From contig NKIB01013133.1 of NCBI GenBank assembly GCA_002256025.1, positions 1-63,889 on the forward strand: 63,889 bases of DNA. The letters run 5' to 3'. Of the stretch, positions 21,525-35,023 are shown one piece after another. The translations under genes and the position numbers were made by a program. Each line of letters opens with the position of its first letter. Position 1 is the first letter of the stretch. The notes beneath the pieces are model-generated. The model was not told the DNA's origin and did not search any database. It saw only the letters and a program-made list of their open reading frames with translations. The stretch comes from Asterionella formosa (taxonomy: Eukaryota).

Positions 21525-23369
21525 CTACATGAACAAAATCGTTTCATATCCCCCTTCATCGACTTTCTCCCTATTACCTTGTTCGTTCATAGCAGCTCCT
21601 CGCCTTGCAAAATAATGATCCATGAATTCCACCATGACAACCGCACATAAAATCTCAAGTAAAGCAACTGCTGCCCATCCATAGGCCCATCCTCCACCTT
21701 CTGAATTGCCACTATGAACAGCATTGCTGACAACTTTCCAGACCCAACTTGAAACTGCATAGGCCACTCCATCTGTATATGAACAAAAGAGTCCTTTGGA
21801 CTTTCCATTTGTTGCCCCCACCAATCCAGGAATATAAGATTGCACTGCAATGCCCAAACCCATGAAAAAGGTCACAATTACTTGCATACACAAAATTAAC
21901 CCTGGCTCCCCAACGAGAACTCGCAGCCTTGGAATAGCAAGCAGTCCCAACAGGTAACAGGAGACAACTGTCAGCAAATATAGCTTCGAAAGCAATTGTT
22001 TTCTCTTCTTGGGCATGGCTCGAGTGAAGATTCCTCCGGCCATCGCCAAGCCAGCAATGAGTCCAAAGCTTAACATGATTGACAGTCCACCAGCTCGATT
22101 TTCAGATATTGTGCCAAATGACGTATCTTGAAAGTACGATCCAAGGACCCGCTGACTTGACTGCACCATGGTATCTCCCGAATGTGCAAAGGCAACAATC
22201 CAAAATGTTTTTTGAGTCAGTAGCATGCGAAGGGCTGGTAGCACATTATCCCGTAGGACGTTTTGAGAAAATGACAATAGTCCCATGATATTTGTCCATA
22301 AAGGTAAGCTCGTTAGTAGCTGCTGCTCCAGTTGTTGAAAGTGCAAAACGGATATTGGGTTTTGCGCTTCGTGCCATTCACAAGGTGAATCTCGAACACA
22401 GTAGTAAATGACAAGGACTCCTAACATGGCCAATGCGCTGCCAATATTCACCACGATCCTCCATGACAGGGTTCGTAACAATAGGGAAGCCAACGGAATA
22501 CTTAATAATCTCCCAAATCTGGGCGCCAAAGACGCCACATATACAGATGCTTCAAATTCCTTGTCTTTGCTGCCATAATGTTGCGCAAGAATGACAATGA
22601 CGCATGGCCACTGCACCGACTGAAAGAATTCAATCAAGAAACAAGCCCATAGCACCGACGATTCGTTCCAGGATATCGAAAGAAACATTAAAGATACAGC
22701 CAGAAAAATGGAATTCGCCAATGATACGCGTCGGGCTCCAACTAAGTCTGCCAAGGGCCCATTGAAGAACTTTCCTATTGCGGTTCCCAAGACGGCTGAT
22801 TCTGTCGCCCTAGAGCTAAACACTGAATCCAATCCAAGAGATCGACCCACGGTTGGAATAAGTGTCACTGGAACAGCAGTAGCTGCTGTGGTGAGTGTCA
22901 CTGCGACAAACAACGCGATGTTCAGTCTATTCCATGTTGATATTTCTGGTTCTGAATTTTTCGAAATCGATCTTCCGTCACTCAAATCTTCCATCATAAA
23001 CCCAAATAAATAGTTGGCCATGCCCTTCGGAGTCGCATTGAATGATTTAGGGGTATTTCTTTGTTCCCAGTCAAGCTGGTGGGCTCCAAAGAGGACTGAT
23101 GATGATTCTATGGGTCCAGATGGAATCCTACGTTTCCGTCGATGCTGTGATTGTTCCTTTCCCAGCGGTGCTGCGTTTCCTGTAACCACGTCCTCGCCCA
23201 GTCGCGGGAGTTGCCTCCGACTAAAGGAAGACTCTCGTTGATGGGGCTGTGACGGCAGAGGCAGGAGTAGCTGGTCCTCATCGTCATCGCGCGATATGGA
23301 CATGAAGAGTAACGGCGAAGGAGGCATCAAGGACTGTTCCGTCCAACTTGATTCTTCGAATTCAATCAT
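21525..23369 (-). CDS. MFS transporter (organophosphate/sugar-phosphate antiporter-like)
   Basis: First ATG at 23369. About 12 hydrophobic segments. MFS motif A in GKFFNGPLADLVGARRV, and QSVQWP as in the GlpT/SLC37-like family. Confidence 0.8.
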   Translation of the reverse strand: MIEFEESSWTEQSLMPPSPLLFMSISRDDDEDQLLLPLPSQPHQRESSFSRRQLPRLGEDVVTGNAAPLGKEQSQHRRKRRIPSGPIESSSVLFGAHQLDWEQRNTPKSFNATPKGMANYLFGFMMEDLSDGRSISKNSEPEISTWNRLNIALFVAVTLTTAATAVPVTLIPTVGRSLGLDSVFSSRATESAVLGTAIGKFFNGPLADLVGARRVSLANSIFLAVSLMFLSISWNESSVLWACFLIEFFQSVQWPCVIVILAQHYGSKDKEFEASVYVASLAPRFGRLLSIPLASLLLRTLSWRIVVNIGSALAMLGVLVIYYCVRDSPCEWHEAQNPISVLHFQQLEQQLLTSLPLWTNIMGLLSFSQNVLRDNVLPALRMLLTQKTFWIVAFAHSGDTMVQSSQRVLGSYFQDTSFGTISENRAGGLSIMLSFGLIAGLAMAGGIFTRAMPKKRKQLLSKLYLLTVVSCYLLGLLAIPRLRVLVGEPGLILCMQVIVTFFMGLGIAVQSYIPGLVGATNGKSKGLFCSYTDGVAYAVSSWVWKVVSNAVHSGNSEGGGWAYGWAAVALLEILCAVVMVEFMDHYFARRGAAMNEQGNREKVDEGGYETILFM

Positions 23370-26300
23370 TTTAGAAACAAAAAAGCGTTCATTCACTGCC
23401 TTGTGTCCTGATATTCTATGGCAGTTGTATCAAATACCGAATGCTCAATTTACAGCGGTCTTGAATACCGTGGTATGCGGGATGAGTGATGTTCAATCTG
23501 TGTTCAAGTACGTTATGGGTATTTATCAAAGTTGTGCACAAAGTGTGATATCGTTGTCATTGGATCATCACTGTCAGCAGGTATACCGGAATCTGGTTTC
23601 CTCCGACAACCCGTGTCTCACTCTCGTCGTCATGATAGCCATGCAGTTTGCTGTCTTTCTATAAAATAGCCACATATTATATACTGGTATATTCATACAG
23701 TGGTACTGCTACCTGTACTTGTTTCATTCATGACCTCATCATTGCATATACCGGTATACACCGGGGTATTCATAAATACTGGGGCCATTTCGATTCCTAA
23801 GATTTTCTCCAGCTTAATTGCCCTATTGTGTGGCTTGCCCCAAGCTCCAGATCCATGTAATAGCTATTTAATTGGACTGTTGTACTATAGGTAATGCTAT
23901 ACAGTATGTACCATTGTCAAGAATCTCCACTCACTCACCATGGAGGGAAACATGTTCCAGTACCAGTATGTATTTACAGCTACACAATCGAATTTGTCTG
24001 TTTCAATAGTACCACTGGAGCTATGCACAGTATACAATGTGCTACAAGCAGATGAAAGAACCTCAAGAAGAATCGACAATAAACTCATGGAGATCAGCAA
24101 CCACAATTGACCAAAAACCATCAAACATTGTCATTAAATTAAGGAATGTTCAGACAAATTTTAGGAAAGAAGCAATGAAACAAATGAAAATAAAAAATCC
24201 AGGTTCTTGACCCAAAATGCTGAAGACAGAAAATTATTTTACTAGACTCTTGCATGAGGGAGTGTCCACGCACCCTAAATCTCTCCACTGCCAATGCTAC
24301 TGGGCCATGGAGCACAATGAATACAATCCTGTAGCTAGGCTACTAGTAGTAGTACTACAAAAAAATTTGATACATGGGTATAATGTTTATGTTCCTATTC
24401 TTTCCCAGTTGTTTAGATTTAATATTCCAAAAAGAGGAACTTATTTATACATATACTACCACTGGTATGTACTAATTAACTGTAGTAAGGGGTGGGTGGT
24501 ATCATATTCTATTATACATGCAAGTCTAAACATATAGCTTATGTATGTTGTCTGTAGTCTATAAGGAGGTACATGCATAGTGCTGTATGTATGTAAAGTA
24601 CTTCAGTATTCTTTACACATATATATATATATTCCTAAGTGGATGTGTTCTCAATAGCTGCTGGAACCCATCAATCATCTGTTTGGTGACTGAAATGGCC
24701 TTGGTTTTCGTTTTGGTCAAACCATTCCAAAATTCATCCATCATTCTATAAAAAAATGTCAATCATGGAACCCAAATGTGGGAGTGGAGTATTGTACTAA
24801 ACTACTAATACCAGCTGTACCTACTACTCTACTAGTGATAAGTACATAGCCTAATAGACTTGACTATTTGGCTATAGTACCACTAGCTAGTATGGAAGCA
24901 ATGCACATAATTGCTAATGCAAATTTTAAGTACATTTTATAGAGCCTCAACTAGTATAGTTGAGTTTTTTGGGATGCACTGGTATGGCTCAGAAGGCCAA
25001 CATTGTAGATGTGGGACATTGGAGTTGGGGGAGGAGCCGCCCATGAGGAGGCTCTTAGAATTTGGAGGAGAAACATTTTGTTACTGTAAATTGGTGTGAT
25101 TCATGTAAGGAGCCCATGTGGTGGTCCTTAGAATAAGATGGATAAAATGAGAGAACATGTGGTCATGGTGAGGAGAAAAAAGTATAGCAGTAGGTGATTG
25201 AACTGACAACATAAGTTGACTTCTAAACAGCTTCAAAGCAGGGCTGGATAAAAAAATAGACATTTGATGCATGGTATGGGAAGAAAACAAGAGAGAGCGA
25301 GATGGGAGAATAGCTTCGAAATAATGGATGATGAAATTGATAAGGTATCAATATTCAGATGAATGAAATACTGCAGTAAAATGAATTGATCTCTTAAGTA
25401 ATTCTGAAAGCTTGGTGTGCAGGCCAAGGCAGCTTGATTGATTTTCTGGTAATCAAAAGGATAGGAGAAGAAACACAGGGATGGAAGTATACTATTCTTG
25501 CTGGAAGGGAGGCCTTGACAGTCCTGGCATTGACTTGTTCTGAGGGTTAATTCACTGAATTTGGACGAGTGGTGACAGGCTTGTTAGACAGTAAATGAAT
25601 GAGCAATACTTAATGAAATGATGAATCTGAAGGTACTAGAATAGAGGCGAGAGAGGAGACACTTGGATTGCAAATGCAGTAGAATGATCAGATGAAAGCG
25701 AGCGATATTCCTGCCTTTACTGCCTGATGGCAGAGACTGTAGGCGGCATCAAGAGCAAAAACAATTCTGGGAATTTCCTGAGCATCTGGGAGTTTTCCAG
25801 GTGAAAATGAGAGAATTGGAAGCGGTAGAGAGGGAAGGGAAGGTCATGGGAGCAGGAGGAATAAGTTTTTTGTTTGAAGAAGGTGTTGTTAGCTAGAAGT
25901 GTGCAAAGTAGGACCAGTAGGTCTAAAATAGCAAGTTGAATATGAACAAGAGTGGAGGAGGAGTATGTGAAGGGAGTGACAGCAAACAAAGAGGACATGA
26001 TGAATGATGAGAGTGTCAAAAGCAGTGCTACTGACTGCCAATGTAGGCTTAGTACTAGGAGAAATCGACGACAGTTGGGATTGTTTCTCGGTAAGTTCAA
26101 TGGTACCAGGTACAATGTTGAAACTACAGTATGGGAGCAACATAAAATTATTGAGTAAACTTTTAAGTACACTTTTGCTAAAGAACTCGACAATTGTGGA
26201 GGTTCTGAAGTCGCACTTGGCCCCCCAGAGGATTGTAGACCTGCTTGTTGTCTGCCTAACCACCCGGAACCCAAGGGACTACATAAACAAAGCAGGTGGA

Positions 26301-26980
26301 GAATGTGGGAATCAAACCTGTCACCTCGGAAGGTGAGCTAATCAACTTAGCTATTCCCCTGGGAGCATTATATATAGTGCCTTTAGCTAGTGAGTACCTG
26401 GTAGTTGCTTACCAGTTCCAGCCTGCACCACCATGGGGACGATGGTGCGGTCAATACCAGTGCTATTCTATTGAAAGAGTGAGGAAGGAAAACTATATAA
26501 AATGAAAAGAAAATTCTGGGAAGGAAACATTCATAGGAATGACGTGTTGGTTGGACGAGGCTCTAGCTTCAACCTTTATAACAACAAAAGTATATGAGGA
26601 GAACATGGGGTCATGGAGAAGTACATAAGTTGTTACATCTTTTCAATGATAAGTATGAAAGTATTTGGTTCAGCTTGTTCGACAGGCTTCACAGCAGACC
26701 AGCTGTATGCCTTTTGGTGAGATGACACTTGCTGGTACAACACTGAAGAAGAGGAGAATTGAGATTCAAGCCCACCCTCCTCCTCAGCGGTCTTGGACTG
26801 TCCAGATTAGCTGCTTTGAATTGAAATGACAAGAAACTGTATTATGATGTAGGTTCTAGCCAAGCAATCAGATATTTTGTGTGAATTGTGGCTGCACTAA
26901 AACTTTGCTTTAGAAATGATTGCAACATAGACACTTTGTACCCTGGAACTAACAGAGGTACCTCATACTTTGCTTCGATA

Positions 26981-28522
26981 TTATTCGCTACAAATCTCAT
27001 CTTCATCTCCATCATTGTCGTTATTAGCACCATACTTATCTGTCTTTTTTCGATCCCGTGAAGACTTCCGAATGTTACATCTATCACATTTGGTTACAGG
27101 TATCACTCGCATCTCCGTTCGATCAGATGACTTCGAAATGTCCACCTCTTCCCATGCCCTGATGGGCTCATCAGAATTCCGACAATCTGGGTTCCAGCAA
27201 AACCATTGAGCATACTTGGTAACTCGAGTGTATTTGAAAATTTTGAATTCTTCTCTAGTGAATGAGAGTTTGCGATCACCACCACTATCATGGGTGATGT
27301 CCAAGTCAAAAAAGCTCGCATCATCACGCTTTGGTAATCCATTCTCCAGCCTGTATGCGTTGACCTGTTCTCGGGATGGAGGTAGATCTAATCGACCGAG
27401 TGTCACCATTTCAGCCTTGTCTTTCATCAGACAGAACAAACCGGCAATATAAGTGTCTGGTGAATAATCGACTTTGTGTTGACTTCGACACCCAAAGACA
27501 TAATTAAAGTTGTTGCAAAATACTTTGTCACCCCCAATTATATTCTGTCTCTGTTCGATATCCTCTAATCTTCCATGTCGAAACGAGACTTTCCCAAACC
27601 GTCGTTCATTTTTTCGCGCTGCATGAAGGCGTTGAAATTCTTCTAAATACACATGCTGGGCAAGGAAATTGCGGTCGTGGCACACTTCAATGCCACGAGA
27701 TTCGCAGCCTCTTGTCATTGAGGCATGCAAGCACAGAGTCCCAATTCCATGGCCAATATCCACAAAAATGTGCCAATATTGAAGCCGAAAAATGTCATTA
27801 AACAAATGCTCTGCCAGCGCGCTCATTGTCCGACCGTACATGGCCTTATCTTGAAACGTTGTGTTTTCCTTGCTCACCGAGTTATTTGATTTTGTGACCA
27901 AAGTGCCGTGTTCGACATCTTCTATGGATACTGCAATGTTCTCTTCAATTTTTGAAAGCATATCTTCGAATTCTTGTAAGCTGTAAGGCTCATGTCCGAA
28001 GTCGTCCCCAACTGAAGCATCGTCGGCCTTCTCCAGTGGAGAAACCTCAGAAGGAAGCGCCCATTCAAAGCTGGCTACAGCAGAAGTCGAAGCATATCGC
28101 GTTGCGGAATTCAAAGAAAACGCACATGGCTCAGTCCCAGCATAGGATAGCGATGAAGTGTCCGCGCTTTGGTGAGAGGAAGGAGTAATGGCAGCAACAA
28201 CTGCTGGCAATTCGCAGCCTGATTGATGCACATTCTTTTGTCTCGGATCCTCCATAGAAGAAGTTGGTTCAATTCTCGCAGGAGGTTTCAGGTCTTTCAA
28301 CTCTTTGCCGTTCCAACATGGCGTTTCCCTATTGTCCAACGCTGCGCAGGAGGAATCGTTGTCATCGTCATCGTCATCGTCATCGTGACTCTGTGTCAAA
28401 TCAATGAGAATGCCGTCAAGCGACTCGTTTGATTTGAATTTCTTCATTAACCCAGTTGTGCTGTCTTCTTGTCCATGGCGGTGCTTCGTAGCAAATGGAA
28501 GACGTGATGACCTCGCCATCAT
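26981..28522 (-). CDS. DOT1: DOT1-like histone H3K79 methyltransferase
   Basis: First ATG at 28522. MYGRT (YGE-like), FVDIGHGIG (SAM motif I), RGIEV and VFCNNF occur in DOT1 order, after an acidic disordered N-terminus. Confidence 0.78.
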   Translation of the reverse strand: MMARSSRLPFATKHRHGQEDSTTGLMKKFKSNESLDGILIDLTQSHDDDDDDDDNDSSCAALDNRETPCWNGKELKDLKPPARIEPTSSMEDPRQKNVHQSGCELPAVVAAITPSSHQSADTSSLSYAGTEPCAFSLNSATRYASTSAVASFEWALPSEVSPLEKADDASVGDDFGHEPYSLQEFEDMLSKIEENIAVSIEDVEHGTLVTKSNNSVSKENTTFQDKAMYGRTMSALAEHLFNDIFRLQYWHIFVDIGHGIGTLCLHASMTRGCESRGIEVCHDRNFLAQHVYLEEFQRLHAARKNERRFGKVSFRHGRLEDIEQRQNIIGGDKVFCNNFNYVFGCRSQHKVDYSPDTYIAGLFCLMKDKAEMVTLGRLDLPPSREQVNAYRLENGLPKRDDASFFDLDITHDSGGDRKLSFTREEFKIFKYTRVTKYAQWFCWNPDCRNSDEPIRAWEEVDISKSSDRTEMRVIPVTKCDRCNIRKSSRDRKKTDKYGANNDNDGDEDEICSE

Positions 28523-31172
28523 TGCGGCAGTTGGACTTGAGGAGTTGGAGTGTGTGTGGTACCGGTATATTTGATTAAAAATAGTAGACAAAAATCGTAG
28601 TCCGTTCGATATCACTGGAAATATAAATACATATAGTAATATACTGGTACTATTATTAAATACATATTTTATATAAAAGCAACGGTATTACTCTGCGGGG
28701 CATCGCAATTCGGCAATGGGGTCTCGTGATGTGTGTTGTATTATCATAATATCATGCAGGTACCTGGTACCAGGTACTAATGTGTTCATTTGCTAATACA
28801 TAATTTTTATGTATGCTGATGGCTGATGCTAGCTAGGACTAGGGGGCATCAGCCATTCTGCAATACTTTTGTAGGACTGTCATAAACCATAATTTGGGAG
28901 GTGACAACTAGAGGCCCCAACGATTTTTTTCCTTGCTGGCCATCTGCCCGAGAGTCACCAGTTACACTGTTACATGCTGGATGCCCAGCACTGATGTTGG
29001 CTCTGAATTATTTTCCCTTCCACTTGGGAATTAATGATAAATATCCCCTCACTTTGAAATGTTTTATATCAAACAAATTTTTCAGAGGTTATGGAATTCC
29101 TAAATGCGTATTACAACATCTGTTTCAATAATAACAGAGTTTCTGGTCAATATGACAATTTTGACAATTTCACTCAAAATCGGCCCTGTTGTTTGTACTA
29201 CTGTCATTTATGGCTTCAACAGGTGCCACATTTCCGCAACTACACAGAACCAAGTTTAGGTGATGTGTCGACAGTCTAATCCAAAAGAAAAAGAAAAATG
29301 TTATCACCTTTTTCAAAAAATTGAGCGCTATTATAGTGCAAGAATTTTAATACTAGAATGATGGTGATGTGCTAGACATTGACAAGAATGAAGAAGACAG
29401 AAAAATATAAGAAGTCACAGATTAAGAATTGCCTTAGCTAGTGTTAGCTGGATGGACAGCTCACAGCAAAATTTTAAGATGACAAAGACAATTACAAAAA
29501 AGTCAAAAACAATGAGTTGGAAGCCCTGGAATAATCATTTATTATGGATACTCCAAATAGAACCAGAAGTGGGCTAAAACGGAAATCTCTAACCCAATTC
29601 ACACTCACAATCCCATTCTCTGGCTGGCACAAGAAGTGCCGTCATTGATAAATGCCCAAAGAATGCAGCTACCACATTTTTTACAACTAATTACACATGA
29701 GGAAGTGACTAATGTACCTCCCAAGCAAAACATTCCCACTACCCCACTTAATATGGGTCAAGACGGCAACTCTAGAAATAGAATAGCAAGACTACGCTAT
29801 AAAAATGATTAATATACATAGACTGGCTGGACCAAATAAATAAAATATATATACAGGTATATCGACTCCAACATAATAAATTATCCAACAAGCAATGGCA
29901 GACAGATCGATCACAATTACACCTTTTGTGCTCTATATCCAACATGATGCGTCACATACTACCAGGTACTATGAATATCAACAGCAGTGAATGATGATGA
30001 CAATTGTACTTGTATTTTCCAGTTTGTTTATTTTTTAAGTAGTATGATATGCATTTATGTATGGCAAATATGAAACTATTTGTTTGTGTATGAGATTTAA
30101 ATGTGTAGCTATCTGTGATATTCATTTATGAATATAGTTTTAGTTACTAGCAGAAGTAGACATTTGAACAGAGAAGCCAACATTATGCCCTTATAAAATG
30201 GCGAATCACCACCAAGACTGGAGCCCAGCAAATCCAAGATCACGCATTGTAACCTAGAAATTTGTCACGTGAATAATAAAACTTGAGACCACTATGAAAT
30301 ATTCTTTACGATTAAACTTGCTCCAGTGGAAGAAGTAGTAGTCGGATGGCTGTTTCTGCTGTTGCCTTGTTGGCATTTATCACCTTCACCAATTTGGAAG
30401 GAATTGCTTTGGGTTGGCTTGGAAGCAACCACTGCTTGTACATTGCAATTCCATTCCATACTAAGTTGTAGACTGTTTTCCTTTGTTTCCTGTTCTCTTG
30501 CTTTGGGAATCATCTACTTCCCAATCACTGCATGCAGGTTCCTCAGATGGACTTGGTGTGGCTGCTTTCTCGATGTGTGCATTCTTGAGTGTTGTATTAC
30601 TTGGTAGCGTAGGAAATTCCTCCATTGACGCTATTTGTAATCCTTGGAGATTGAATACTTTCAGTTGAGGGTTAATTTAGGTAGTGATTAACCTATGATG
30701 ATATCCATGAAATAGAATCTGATTATTGTTAAGAATTCCGTGAGTGATCTCCAGGATGGATTTCCATGCCAAGGGCACTTGCCAAAATTATTGATCCCTA
30801 ATCCCTATACTTGCATGCCAATCAAAGTTTCACTAAAAGTTGCTCAGTAAGTCTTGATATTGTTACATTCACCTAGATTATCACACATTGGCACCTTGGG
30901 TGGCGAGCCTTTACAGAATTCATGTTGTTAATGCGGCATAAGTATCCATCAAACAGGCTAGACTGGAACTACAAACTTGAGAATCTTCGAAATTATTTAA
31001 GTTGCTAAGATACAGTAATCAATAGATAGAGAAGCTTCCAAGAGCATGAACAGTGGCAGCGTTGGCAGCACCACAAGTGCTCGTTGTCATATACGAGGGA
31101 GCGATAATCGACCCCAAGACGCATTCGCTCATGTAATAAAAGTGGCTTTGAATTTCCAATGATTCAAATAAG

Positions 31173-31610
31173 TTACAGTAGCTTGAAGGCAACGATCAAA
31201 AGGACAATGACTGACACAACTTGTGCCACAGGATGCATCGAGCGAAAGAGATTGTAGACATCTTGGACGAACGTTTGAAAGTAATTCATCATGCTGTAGT
31301 GCTGAGGATCATCAGAACCACCGCCCTCCAAGTGATCGTCATCCACCTGTAGCAAGGAAACTGTTGCTTCTCGGTTGCTATCACTCCCACCATTCGTGAA
31401 TCGAGGCCATGAGATATTCCAGGACGATGATCCTGCTGGAATCGTTTCCTGTGTGGCTACTTGAGAGTAGTTGGGAACCAAGAGTGGTTCCTCCGACTGC
31501 GCTGATGTTTCTCGCGAGGCTTGGATTCTTGCCAACAGAGATCCGCTCAAAGCGCTGCCTCGCGACGCTTGCGAAGAGTCGTCAAGGGGAATGGTTAAGG
31601 ACGAAGACAT
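31173..31610 (-). CDS. Small hypothetical protein with a C-terminal transmembrane helix (tail-anchored)
   Basis: 145 aa from ATG 31610 (an upstream ATG at 31709 is possible). Disordered N-terminus, amphipathic YSMMNYFQTFVQDVYNLFRSM and terminal TM VAQVVSVIVLLIVAFKLL. Confidence 0.7.
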   Translation of the reverse strand: MSSSLTIPLDDSSQASRGSALSGSLLARIQASRETSAQSEEPLLVPNYSQVATQETIPAGSSSWNISWPRFTNGGSDSNREATVSLLQVDDDHLEGGGSDDPQHYSMMNYFQTFVQDVYNLFRSMHPVAQVVSVIVLLIVAFKLL

Positions 31611-34600
31611 GGTGCTGCAATTGCTGCTGGTTGTTAAGAGTTTCCATGTCGTGGGAAATCTTGTCGTGGTATTTCTTCGTCGAACAATTCTACATACGCT
31701 GCCATACATCTACATAATAATACAGGTATTCGAATATACGTATGGTATATGCACTTTTGCGCTCTACATGTAGCTCGTTCGTCATGCGCACATTCTTGGT
31801 TGCCATGATAGTATTCTATGTATGATGATCGAATGAACCGGCTTGAATGCACGCCGGACTTTTGGGAGAGTTCAGACGCGCGACTGACGAGTCGCCGTGG
31901 CGACTGGCAACTAAAGCAAGTCGCCCTTTCTGCTAGGAGTAGGTAGGCAAGGACTTTGTGCGTGGGTACACAACTGTGGGTATTTTGGCTTTTAACCATC
32001 TATCCGACACTTGTTGCTCCAACAATAAGAGCATTGTCCTGTAGTCCCTTTTCAAGCGCAAATTAGGTCTGGTATTTCTTGAGGCTGGCAGCGGAGATAT
32101 GCAGGGGGGGGGTTACTGCAGGTTATGACCCCTTGCACATTCTCTGTCGCTCCCTTGGAAATAATAGCTCTATCATGGCTAGTGGTTGCGTCAAAATAAT
32201 AATCATTACAGTAGCCCATCATGTAGATCTGGTGAAAATATTATCCGTATCCCTATAACTGCTATGAACATCACACTGTTTTGTTTGCTTTGATCGCCTC
32301 ACCATGTTGCTCAAGATCTCCATCGTTTCTCATCCAATAAAGATTCCACAAAGGCATTTAGAATTATTTGTTAAATCATTTGTGACCGCCCTGCCATTCA
32401 TGGTTTTAAGTTGCTGGTTGATCAAATAAGGGAAAATCTTAATGAAAAGTACTCTTTGGTGATAACATTCGGGCAATTACAATGGAGAAAATTGTATGAG
32501 TCAAAATGGCCACAGAGAAATTTTAAGTAATGACACAATTGTTTTCGCTAAAGCACATGCAACCTTCGCTGTAGTCAAATGTTTGTATTTTCCGGTTTGT
32601 TTTAGTCTGTTTTTCCTACAGGTAAAACTTCTTTTTCGAGTTTCACCGAAATTCTAGTGGAGTCTCTAAACAAATACCTATAGAACTTTATGTTACCCCT
32701 TGCTTATCTTGGAAAAATCGGCGATTGACATACCCCTTGAGCAAAATTAACCAGGACAAAACCTCTAGCAATGCTAAATCAATCAATTGATTAACAATGG
32801 TGGTGCGTTTGGTAGCGTCGGTGACCTCATAAACAGGGTAAATGACAGCAAACTATAGGAAAGAATGATAAGCTATTTTTTTATGTTTTGGGGCATTTTG
32901 ACGATCTGATGGATCAGTTGGCTGTTTGCTAGTAATTTGCATGCAATCAATGAATAGAAAGTATATCACCAAACAATTCATCTGAGAATCGCATTTGCTG
33001 CTCCTCTGTTGCGAGCTACAGCTGTAAATAGAAGGAACCGTTTGTTACTTCCTTTGTCCCTGCTGATATGTTGATTGTTGTGTTGCTTGAAACCTTCGGC
33101 AATTGGCTGGTTCCCTGTGTGGTTGCCAATGTCCGACTTGAAGGATATTTCTACTTCCATTGCGCAACTTATCATTCAAATCAACCCAATCCTTATATCA
33201 TCGTTATTGCTGCTTCCACATGAATAAAGAGGAATGGAAAGAGACAACTGAGTGAGATTCTGTTGGACAAAGTTGTATGACAATATCCGGTCTGTTGCTT
33301 GTCACTTTCTGTTAGAAAGTTACTCTGTTTGATTGACACATTATTGACAGCGTGTACAATGCCCTTAGCTCGTCCAGGCGACTGCCTAAACACTACAATC
33401 AACCTGTGCACAATCAATTTGCTCGGTTCTCGTTTACTTCGAGAGTCAACAGTCATTTAAGGATCGAAATAAGCACCTTCCCAAGAAAAATTTTCAAACA
33501 ATCACGCAAAATCGTCTTTGTACTATTGCTGAAGGCAATCATGTGATGTGTCAAGAAAACAAGCGTGTCAGTTGTCAATTTTACAATGATAATTTTACTC
33601 CAAGTGGTTGTGGAAGAGCGTGTGCCATTGTCAACATGCCTGGTCTCACATAGGAAGGACAAGGATCACGATTCCGGAGGTGTGTGACAATGTAATATTT
33701 ATGGTGAAGTTGGAATGTTCACTATGCTAGCTTTACTGTGTTGTGATCACAGGGAGAACAAAGCCTACAAAAGTTTCTACAAACAGACATATGAGTGATG
33801 AATCTCCAAAATTATCATATTGCCACAATTTAGGATTTTCAAATTCTTCATCTCTTGGCAAATCTTGGCAGCATTCCAGACTTAAGCTTTCTCATATGAA
33901 GAAAGAAAGAGTCTGGAATACTGCCAAGATTTGCTGAAAGATGAAGAAGTTGAAAATCGAAATGCAGTGATCGACCCCTCATTTCGCTTCAGTCGATTGA
34001 CATGATGAAAACAATATTTATTTAGCTATGAAAACTCAAAACTTATAAGGATTCTTTTTGTAATGACTCTCAATTGCCCATTTTATCAACAAACGTTTGA
34101 AGCACAAAAGGTTGCATGTGAAAAGAGAGTACCTGGTACCTGCTGCTACAGTACCAACCCTGGTACAATATCAATCAAAGTACTCCAACATTCTACGAAA
34201 ACTTACAGTATATACCAACTGATTGTGGTCCGTCTTGGCAGTTCAATTATCGAGGATCTTGTTGCGAGCAGGCACGATTGGATGTGGTACGTGTTGTACG
34301 TGGTACATAACAAGTGGTTGCTGAGCCGTCACACGACCGTGCCTCTCGCCAGAAATGATCCTTGGAGTACACAATGTAGGAAGAAATGGCGATTTCTTGC
34401 TTCCAAATCGAATGGACACGAATACCTGTCGGTACCCTGGTACACTATGCCCCGTATGGTTGTGCTGGAGTTAAATAAATGGATATCCTTCCATATATAG
34501 GAAAAAGGTACCGTATACTCATGCTGCGTACATAGCAATTCTAAGCAAATCCGATAGGTCCTGGGATATGTATCTATGAATATTGTGAATATTTTTAATG

Positions 34601-35023
34601 TACACTTGAGAGGTATATGATTATACATGTTTAGATACACACAGTACTGTAGAAACAATGACAACCTTCACAATGTATACATTTTTATCATATGACCGTA
34701 TACGAATTGATTTCTTGTTTAGCAACGGCAACAAATGATGCTCCAATTTCTCACGTGCGGGATGTACCTGTAAAATACATGTGCACACAAATCATGTTAT
34801 CTATATATTACTATCAGGTTCTCCAGGTACAGCACATACCAGTAACAGGTACAGGTCGTGCGTACTCTGATTTCTGAATCACTTCTTATTCATCGCTCTC
34901 CCATTACATACTCCGTGTACATTCGATTGTACACATATATATTATAGTATAGCTCGCTCAGAATAATTCTTACTTTTTGTTCGACAGGAAGGAGAACAAA
35001 GAAAGCCTACTAAGTATCCCAAC

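Noticed and set aside
26502..26597. NDVLVGRG resembling a DUF6824 start
   Set aside because: No downstream HxGN, GRFL or KxSQALR motifs, and the frame stops shortly after.
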